DNA of 64,000 bases from a virus: positions 32,001 to 96,000 of the IMG/VR virus record IMGVR_UViG_3300005253_000193. The stretch is one strand, 5' to 3'. This document shows, piece after piece, positions 56,278 to 64,000 of the stretch (within the stretch, counting starts at the first letter, position 1; the number at the start of each line of letters is the position of its first letter). The notes under the pieces were generated by a model, which made no database searches, was not told where the DNA came from, and worked only from the letters and a program-made list of their open reading frames with translations. Both the position numbers and the translations under genes were made by a program.

Positions 56278-57714
56278 CTAATCCACATCTGACTTGGGGC
56301 ATACTTCTTCAAGTAGATCCCAGTAATCGCTCATCATCATATGGGAACTAAGAACAAACTGACCAAGTGTATAGTTCTGGGAAATCAGAATTGTAAAGTT
56401 ATCCATGTCGGTTCTTGCATTGGACACGAACAGGCGGGCCAAACCCATCCTTTTCTCTTGTGGTGACTGACTATATGTTATGACACAATCAACAGTTGCT
56501 ACCTTGGAAATGTCTTCCGCCGCATGTATGTCACGCACCTTGGATGATTTTACTCCTTCCTTGCTAGACTGAGAAGCCACCACGGCAGCAACATTTAATT
56601 CTACGGCCAGTCCCCTTATATCGACATAGATGTTCCCAAGGTCCCTCCGATAGTTTCGTGGGTCAATCTTCATGAGATCCGGATAATCAATGAGCAGCAG
56701 GTCTGGCCTCCACCCTTCTATTACACTAAGGAGGTCTAGGAATCCTCTCAACTCATTGACAGTTAGTTGTCCCGTTGGGAATTGCTTAACCAATAATTTC
56801 CTTTTTAAACGGTCTTCCCAGAAGTCCATTTCGTCCCTTATGTGCTTCTCAATTTCAGGGTCTTGAAGGGCTATATCTGGATTTATTTTCACACGTTCAA
56901 AGTCCAAGAACTCCCCGGTTCTGCTATCTTCCTTGAGAATTGTATTTACTATGGGTTCCCTTGAGCTTCCATATCTTTTGGGAATAGAGAATAGACTCTG
57001 AAAATACCTTCCCATAATTTTCTTTTCAGACATTTCCATGGTAACATGACAGACGCGCTTGCCTTGCAGCATGGCCATCTTTGCCAAATGCATCAGCCAC
57101 CAAGTTTTTCCTCTTTTCATGAAGGCTATAAGCAGAAGGATTTCCCCCGGCGACGGACCAAGCTCGTGGAAGTCAAGTTCCTTAATACCAGTAGCGATAG
57201 CTTGGCTGGAAGCATCCAGGAAGCTCAGACTCTTGTTCAGATCTGTGAACCAAGTACCGGGGGTAAACAAATCAGCTCTCGGCTTTGCTACCTTGGTGAG
57301 TATTTCCTCCACTTCGGTTAAGTTTTTGTCGTCTTCCTCCTGTAGCATTTCGCCAGCTTCAATAATACTGGCCTTGAGCCGCTGTCTTCTGATGAAGTCG
57401 TTGACACGATTGAGGGTATAGTCTGCCTGAACCGAGTCCTGGGATTCGTAAAGATTTTGTAGGATGAGATCGTAGGCTGCCGCCTTGCGTTCATTTTTTC
57501 CCTCAAGGATAGTATCAAATACAGTGGCAAGCTCTCCTTCAGGAGCTTTACCCTCGGTATCAAGGAAATCATATATCCCCGCCGCAACCTGTCTATATTC
57601 CCCCTCGAAGAGGGATAGTTCAACCGTATTGCGAATGATCTTCCCACTCTCATAGTCAAATGCGAGCAGGATGAGAAGGTTCTGCTGTAGTAGATTGCCT
57701 AGCCCGTCAGGCAT
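56278..57714 (-). CDS. dnaB: Replicative DnaB-like helicase
   Basis: 'IATGIKELD', Walker A 'AFMKRGKT', 'TMEM', 'IDYPDLM', 'ASQ', 'AEDISK'. Confidence 0.85.
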   Translation of the reverse strand: MPDGLGNLLQQNLLILLAFDYESGKIIRNTVELSLFEGEYRQVAAGIYDFLDTEGKAPEGELATVFDTILEGKNERKAAAYDLILQNLYESQDSVQADYTLNRVNDFIRRQRLKASIIEAGEMLQEEDDKNLTEVEEILTKVAKPRADLFTPGTWFTDLNKSLSFLDASSQAIATGIKELDFHELGPSPGEILLLIAFMKRGKTWWLMHLAKMAMLQGKRVCHVTMEMSEKKIMGRYFQSLFSIPKRYGSSREPIVNTILKEDSRTGEFLDFERVKINPDIALQDPEIEKHIRDEMDFWEDRLKRKLLVKQFPTGQLTVNELRGFLDLLSVIEGWRPDLLLIDYPDLMKIDPRNYRRDLGNIYVDIRGLAVELNVAAVVASQSSKEGVKSSKVRDIHAAEDISKVATVDCVITYSQSPQEKRMGLARLFVSNARTDMDNFTILISQNYTLGQFVLSSHMMMSDYWDLLEEVCPKSDVD

Positions 57715-58689
57715 TTACTCCCCCGAGTCGTCATAGAGTTGATCTATAAAGTCCTGAATTTTGTCTTTGCCGTGGTCTTCATCCGCTACCGCCTCGTTCC
57801 ACAGAGTATTATCTCTTATTTTCAGAATAGCATCCTTAATGAGGGCATTGATGACACCTGGGTCCAGAGCATCAAGCTCCCAAGAATCTGTTCCAAAATG
57901 ATCAACGTAGTTCTTGACTCTCTTATCGGCAAACTTCACATAATTGGGCGGCGGGTTATATCGGCTTATCTGACTAAAGTTGAGTCCAAGGCGACGAATA
58001 ATTGGAGCGTCATGAAGGAGTCCATCACCATCAAATTCAATTATAGTATAGGCAGTCTCCGATTTATAAAATTCTTTTATCTGATCGTAATCGTACCCGG
58101 TAAAGACCGCGAGCCTCTTCCAAAGATCCCAGGTCATGTCCAACCCCGAAGGATCGTGATCCCCAAGATGCAAAACAACGACCTTTTGCCCATCCTTTAT
58201 ATACTGGTTAAATCTCTGTCCGGCTTTCCACACTTCGGAAGCTGAGGGATACCCTCGACATGAAAAATAAGGGACATCCAACTGTACACAGATGCCTTCG
58301 ATAACACCCACCAACGCATCCTTCTCAATCCAAACTTCAATTCTGGTGGTCTGATTGGCCCATTTGTCGATAGCGTAACCACGGCGAGCAGACTCAAGAA
58401 TTTCCATTGGGTTGTCCCAGTGTTGGTTCTCCCTGACAAATCTGGTCCTATCCTCGAGGGAGGTCCAATTTATGAACCCAGCCATCCGAGCATTCTTGAT
58501 GATGTCTCCCAACTTGTTGTAGGATTCCTGGTCGTTTGGAAGAAGGTCCCTGGACACAAACTGATAGAAAAGCTGCCGCAGGGTCAGGATATATCCCTTT
58601 GCTTCATACTCATCAATGATATCTATAGCCTTCGCCACAACGCCAGCGGTTTTGGCTTGCGGCTTCCATTCCTTATAGGATATTTTCAT
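57715..58689 (-). CDS. TOPRIM protein resembling Topo VI-A/Spo11-like (DUF2399-like) family
   Basis: 'TLRQLFYQ', 'EVWIEKDAL', 'RGYPS', 'GDHDPSG', 'WELDAL'. Confidence 0.75.
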   Translation of the reverse strand: MKISYKEWKPQAKTAGVVAKAIDIIDEYEAKGYILTLRQLFYQFVSRDLLPNDQESYNKLGDIIKNARMAGFINWTSLEDRTRFVRENQHWDNPMEILESARRGYAIDKWANQTTRIEVWIEKDALVGVIEGICVQLDVPYFSCRGYPSASEVWKAGQRFNQYIKDGQKVVVLHLGDHDPSGLDMTWDLWKRLAVFTGYDYDQIKEFYKSETAYTIIEFDGDGLLHDAPIIRRLGLNFSQISRYNPPPNYVKFADKRVKNYVDHFGTDSWELDALDPGVINALIKDAILKIRDNTLWNEAVADEDHGKDKIQDFIDQLYDDSGE

Positions 58690-59210
58690 GGCTTCCTCCT
58701 CGCAAGATCATAGTCCATGCTTCCCCCCATGGAGTCGAGCAGTACGTGAAAAAGCCCCGCTCTTATATATCCAGGGAACGCTTTACCAAACAAGGAAGGG
58801 ATCTTGCTTGCGTTTGCCGACACAGTTTTGATGGTGACTATAACACCAAGCATGTCCAAATGATCAACAACCAATTGAGTTGTTATGACGTAGAGGGAAT
58901 ACCTCTGTACCTTTTTTATACCTGGGAAATTATCTTCAACAAATTGCTCCACCACCTCCCAATTTTTCTGGAACACGGGGTAGCCCCTCGTCCTTTTGAA
59001 CTGTTGCCAGGGGCCGGGCCGGATATTGCTGGCCTGGGAAACTGCCTGAGCCAAGGCTTTGTAGAAGAGTTCTACATCCTCCTGGTCAGAGGATTCCTTC
59101 TCAACCAAGCCCTGATGTTTGAGCAAGTGCTCAACGGTAGCCTTGACTTGAAGGAGATCTTGTTTGCCAAGAGTGCTCAAAACATCCAACAATTCCGATG
59201 CTTTGGTCAT
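58686..59210 (-). CDS. Hypothetical protein
   Basis: 174 aa, coupled; 'FPGY..AG'. Confidence 0.6.
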   Translation of the reverse strand: MTKASELLDVLSTLGKQDLLQVKATVEHLLKHQGLVEKESSDQEDVELFYKALAQAVSQASNIRPGPWQQFKRTRGYPVFQKNWEVVEQFVEDNFPGIKKVQRYSLYVITTQLVVDHLDMLGVIVTIKTVSANASKIPSLFGKAFPGYIRAGLFHVLLDSMGGSMDYDLARRKP

Positions 59211-59392
59211 TTTAACAGGCGTGCAGTTATAGATTTACTTATATCACGTATTGGCTTGAATCCAAATAGCCGCCATAACCAACCAACACGCTTCAGTGGC
59301 GCGGTAATTTCAATAACATCTGGCGATGTGGAAACCACCCTCGTTCCCTCCTACCACTTGATATTTGTGGGCCACTTGATTGTTTTATTCAT
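59207..59392 (-). pseudogene. 61-codon ORF interrupted by in-frame TAG
   Basis: AAGGAGG SD, MNKTIKWPTNIKW*EGTRVV...; read-through frame ends in ATGA overlap with the next gene. Confidence 0.5.
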
Positions 59393-59402
59393 TTCGGCCT
59401 CC

Positions 59403-62115
59403 TTAATGCAATGCCCAAAGGATGTTTCCTTCGAAATCCTCAACCCGGATCGTGCCAGGGTTTAGTTCCGCGTTATCCCGTGCGACCTCCTCGGGGGTTC
59501 TGCCAATCAGGACTTCATCGGGGACCTCAATTGGGTAAAAACGTTCCTTACCCTCGAACAATCGAAAAAAGATGTAAATTTGCATCACTTCTGCCCCCAA
59601 GCCTTGATGCAGGCTATGCTGAGGGCGAGGGCGGGGGTGGGGGCATAAGTGGGTATGTATATTTCATCTGGCTCACCCCAATCCCTTAAAACCGCGTGAT
59701 TCTTGGGTATCCCCGTATCAGGTGCGTCGCTCTCGCCGACCCTCCAATCCCACCCCTCCGGCACCAGCGTTCGGGCGGCGTCGAGGAAGGCACCAGCAAC
59801 AACAAACAGTACAGCCTTTTGATGTACGGTCTTAGTTATCCACCCTCGGGTGTAGGCGTACTCCACGGCGTCCATGAGTGTAGTACTCTGATCTGCTTCC
59901 GTCGCCGCTTCCAGCTGTGTGATGATGTCACTTGTCATAGCTCTATTTCCCTTAACACCTTAATCAATCGCTCCAAATTACACAGGTCGCCCCGATTTAC
60001 TTGCAGGTCGAACACCCCGTCCGCTTCGATGCAGAGCCTCTTGATATTGAACCCTCCATCGTGTTCTACCGGCTCTGGTAGAATACCGCCGCACGCCTCC
60101 CTCTTCTTCCAGCTTTCCTGGGTGTTCAACACGAAATGACAATCCGGATGTGGACACCATCCGGGGCGTTCATGACTGCGAAAGGTAGAGTCACTTGTCA
60201 TGGCCTCTATCCCTCTCTATCGAAACAAGTCGCGAAAGAAGAATAGTATGCCGCTCACAAGGAACAGATAGATCAGAATGTCCCCAGTGGGGCCTAAGAT
60301 AAAGTCCATCGTCTTTCCCTCCCTATCGATCAGCCTGAAAGTATCCGTCTGGGTTGACTATCCGTACCCGAACCCAAGTCCATTTTGCGCCTCGACACTC
60401 CTTGATTCGTATCCACCGCCCCCGGCTCGAACTTCTCATTTTTGCGGACACGGACGACGGCGGGCACGGTGCCGATCTTGCACGGGTGGTCAAATTGTTC
60501 AGGGCCTTGGGTTCGCATCTTCGGCTCCTTTACGTTACATCCATTTCGGCGAGATATGCGTCAATCTTTGGACTTCGTTCAATACTCTTAGGACCGTCGA
60601 AGGCAACCGATTCGACCCAGTCGAGATAATCGAGGTATCTGCAAACCTGACACTCGCCACAGCCGTCACCTTTGCAGTCAAATTTTCTCGTCATGACGGC
60701 CTCTTCAGTGAGACGCCACGGCGGCGAGGCCAGCGTCGGTAACGTCGTATCGGTATTGCTGGCGACCATCCCACCAACCAACATCGTTGATTACGATCAG
60801 CCCCTTCCTCTCCAACGCCCTCGCTGTGCGTTCCTCTCGGGTCCATCTTGAGAAAAATGGGCGACCATGATCTTCGAGGAACAAAAGTTGGGTGTTACTC
60901 AGCTTCATGGTGGCTCCTTCTGCGTGGGCCGCCCCAAAGGCGAAGCCCTATTGCTGTATTCAGGCTTCCGCCCTCCGTAGAGGGACGGTATCTGACCCCA
61001 GGGCGACCCAACCTCATTCGCCGTCTCCTGTCCGCTTGGGGCACACGGCTGGGATTGCCTCAGTAGAGGCTAGGCTGGCAACGGTGCGTTTGTATAAGGC
61101 GCTATCGCTGTATTCGGCCCCATTGTCGATTTCTACCCATCCACCACTGCCATCGGGCAAGCCGATAGTTCCCTTCCGCATATGGTGTAGGTGGTGTTCT
61201 GTCAGCAGCAGCATCAACTGGGCGATCTTGACGTCCTTTTCGGTCACCATTTCATCGTGGATTTCCTCGGTGACATAACCTTCCGGGCAGATGTTCCCTT
61301 CGTCGCCGAATGTGTCCATCATTTTCCGTCTCCATCTGTACGCTTGGGGGACGCCTTCGCCTTGCGCTTTCTTTTAAGCGCAGCGACTAGTGCTCTCGGG
61401 GCAACGTGTTCCAACGTATCCCGAAGGTCTTGAGCCAGAAGTGCGAGCGACCAGAACCGCTGCTCGTCGTAATCAGCCTGGATGTCTTTGTCGAATTTAC
61501 CCATTGGATTCTGTCCGCTTGGGGGACCGGGGGTGATCGCGCCCGCAGGCAATTAACGGCCCGACCATGTCGTGAAACGTCAAGCCATTGCAATGCCATA
61601 CAGGGTTGCCGAATCTTTCTCCTGCAACCAAATGACCATCACAATGCGGATCAGGACACCGGCTGGGAAGGAAAAGTCCGGTTTCTCCATCCTTCTTTGG
61701 TTCACGATACATCACTCTCTCCTGTTCGCAAGAGGGACCAAGCCGCATACCGCAGCCGCTTGTTCTCCTTCGCCAGCGTATCACATCTGTCATAAAGTCC
61801 TTCATTCTCTTCCAGGAGGTCTGCGTTAATCTTTGCCATCTCTATGAAGCACTCGGACTTGGCCGCTAGTTCCCGCGCCAGCGCGGAGTGGTCGGCCTCG
61901 ATGGCGGTAAGAGCAACTCGTCTTAAATCACCAGGCGATACGTTGTAGCAACTAAGAACGAGATAAAGCCTATCTATCATCCGCTCCACGCGCTCGTCAA
62001 TGGTGGAGGATGCTTCTGGCTTTGGTTTGCCGCATTTAAGACAGGTCTGCCCTCCATCGTTATCGCTCACAACAGGAAGCCAATCTTTGCATTGGCATTC
62101 ATCCATGGTGGTCAT
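59403..62115 (-). other. Run of small hypothetical early-type genes (59403-59600, 59585-59938, 59935-60201, 60705-60908, 61014-61322, 61319-61552, 61497-61805, 61702-62115)
   Basis: Closely packed or overlapping minus-strand ORFs, several Cys-rich; no function recognised. Confidence 0.5.
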
Positions 62116-62306
62116 CGCTCGGTTCCTCCAAAACCAACAACTTGATCTCCATACGATCTACTCAGAAGGCAACGCCGGGACCCCGATTACGGCCAGCACC
62201 ACACGGGACGGGCTCGGAGCGTTTCTGGTGTGGTTCCATGTCGCCGAGAAGATTGGTCATACTCTTCTCCATCGCAATCCACCACACCCCCACCACTCAT
62301 CAAAGG

Positions 62307-62714
62307 TCATACTGGTTCTCCTTCCTCTGGAATCTGAGGGGTCCGTTTTATATTCCAACTATCGACGGCTTCTCTTTCCCCCTGCGCACGAGGACCAACC
62401 GCTCTGCATTCTGTACACGCGACCCAGGTCAAATTACCTTCCGTCGAGATATGCAGAGTTCTAGAACCACAAATGCAGGGTAGCAATTCAACTGCGGGCT
62501 CGCTATCTCCCAAGCGCCGTGTCGGCTGCATCGAGGATATTCCAGGTCGATCCAGAAGCTCCCGCGCTTCCTGCTCGGCTTGATAATCACCCCCACATTC
62601 ATCACCTCGCATCCAGGTCCAAATCAGATCAACCTTGTGTCGCCAGTGAGCCAATTCTGTTCGTAGTAGTTTGTTTTCTTCTTTTAGGTCGTCCGGCATT
62701 TCAAATATCTCCAA
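62307..62714 (-). CDS. Protein with C-terminal Lar-like restriction-alleviation zinc finger
   Basis: 'LLPCICGS...VACTECRAVGP...EAVDSWN'. Confidence 0.65.
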   Translation of the reverse strand: MEIFEMPDDLKEENKLLRTELAHWRHKVDLIWTWMRGDECGGDYQAEQEARELLDRPGISSMQPTRRLGDSEPAVELLPCICGSRTLHISTEGNLTWVACTECRAVGPRAQGEREAVDSWNIKRTPQIPEEGEPV

Positions 62715-63381
62715 ACAGTATTGGCAACTCCTTCTTTAGTACCTTGAGGAGTGGTAGCATTAGGTCCCGCATCTGCGGATGGGCTGCCTTGGACGTACGC
62801 TGTGTCAGGATGTGCATCCACTCGCGGATGTTAGCCATCACGTCCAACTCGGTTTTCAATGACTGTGGAAGTTGCTCACGGGCTTCTTGCGGGGGGGCTC
62901 CAAGGGCAATGTCGACGAAGTATCGTTTTTCACAATCAATCATGCCCTTCAGCCAATTATCTTCGCGCTCACTAAAAGATGCCTCAGGGATTTTCCACCG
63001 CTGGATAAGGCCAGGGAACCAGCAGGGCTCGATGAATGTAATTTGAGAGCCGTGCTTCCCTTTTGAATAATTACAGTAACGGGTGCTCTCCATCGCAAAA
63101 GAACCGCACTCCCAACTTCCGCACATATGACAAGGGCGATGTCTTACCAACTCGTGGGAAACGCCCCGATTGGTGATGAAGCGAATCTTTATAACTCCCC
63201 CAAGTTCTATCATGGGGTAATGACCGCGTTCAGTAAGGGAGGTGACCAACTTATCGGCCGAGCCAGGACCGATCTTGTCCTCGGATTTATAACAAAGGCG
63301 AGCCGAGCGTTCAATCTCACGCATAATGACATCACCATCGAGGGGTGAAAGAATCTCGAAACTCTGTCGGATTAATTTCAT
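62701..63381 (-). CDS. thyX: FAD-dependent thymidylate synthase
   Basis: 'RGVSHELVRHR', 'ESTRY', 'PQEARE.LP', 'N.REW', 'AHPQMR'. Confidence 0.93.
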   Translation of the reverse strand: MKLIRQSFEILSPLDGDVIMREIERSARLCYKSEDKIGPGSADKLVTSLTERGHYPMIELGGVIKIRFITNRGVSHELVRHRPCHMCGSWECGSFAMESTRYCNYSKGKHGSQITFIEPCWFPGLIQRWKIPEASFSEREDNWLKGMIDCEKRYFVDIALGAPPQEAREQLPQSLKTELDVMANIREWMHILTQRTSKAAHPQMRDLMLPLLKVLKKELPILFGDI

Positions 63382-63796
63382 TGATTCGTCTCCCTTACCT
63401 GCCGCCGGGACTCCCTGCGGGCTTCCCTATCAGCCTTCCGAGAAGCTATATCACGTTGAAAGGCTTCATGTCCTTGCCGCTCTTCGTGGGTCCAGTATTT
63501 GTGCCCACGATGAGATACTTGTTTGCCGTCGCCTTTGAAATTCTTGGAGGAGTTCTTTCCTTTGCTCATTCGTAATCTCCATTGATCTGAGACATCACAT
63601 CTATCAAATATTCAGTTGCCTGAACCTGCGTCTCCTGACGCAGCACCAACAAATCCATGTGTCTGCGTATTTTTTCCTCGCTGTAAAGATTGGCCTCACT
63701 CATTATACATGCGGGTGACGCTCCTCGTCCTATAATGTACCCAAGGACAAAACCAAGAATCAACACACCCATCGACAGCTGAAGGATTCTACTCAT
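63378..63796 (-). other. Two small ORFs (63378-63569 basic; 63566-63796 with N-terminal TM)
   Basis: Coupled ORFs upstream of thyX. Confidence 0.5.
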
Positions 63797-64000
63797 GAGT
63801 TTTTACCCTCTTCTGTTCGAGCCAAATCCGTCTATACTTCTGAACAGTACTCAGATTAAATCCAGTCTTCACTGCGACCTTCCGCTGCGACAATCCTGCT
63901 TCAAGCCTTCGGATTATTTTGCCGATGTCCATTACTGTAAGCCCTGGCGGGCCGGGGCGGCTGCCAGGGCTCTTCCCTTTACTGCTTACCTTCTTGACAG

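Noticed and set aside
1-64000. Genome-wide stop-codon reassignment
   Set aside because: TGA and TAG terminate many clear genes (e.g. neuB with TGA, connector and dnaB with TAG), and long genes are intact under the standard code.

Overview
The window is most of a tailed dsDNA phage genome with siphovirus-type morphogenesis genes. Terminase, portal and integrase are not visible, and no host genes are seen. Two arms converge at about 29.43 kb. The + arm (1.0-29.4 kb) encodes an HK97-type protease and capsid, head-tail joining proteins, two tail-tube paralogs, a frameshifting chaperone, tape measure, tail tip, two paralogous fibre genes and lysis genes. A five-gene nonulosonic-acid cassette (NeuB, KdsC-like phosphatase, NeuA, pyruvyltransferase-like protein, methyltransferase) is inserted inside the head-tail joining module. 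The - arm (29.4-64 kb) encodes SbcCD (with an HNH-carrying intein), resolvase, RecA, SSB, clamp loader, a UDG-fused family A polymerase, sliding clamp, MTase, primase, SNF2 and DnaB helicases, ThyX and many small genes. The most striking locus is 52.6-56.25 kb. Three tandem covarying stem RNAs share conserved termini (5'-CCGGAACUAG...UACAG-payload-...CCUUACCGG-3'). One encloses a complete tRNA cloverleaf with a 6-nt anticodon loop, and two enclose mini tRNA-like hairpins. They lie directly upstream of a helical+vWA (Ro60/TROVE-like) gene, a 55-aa gene and an ARPP-like gene. This is a candidate Y-RNA-like/tRNA-mimic ribonucleoprotein system. All family assignments come from motif recognition by eye; no searches were run.
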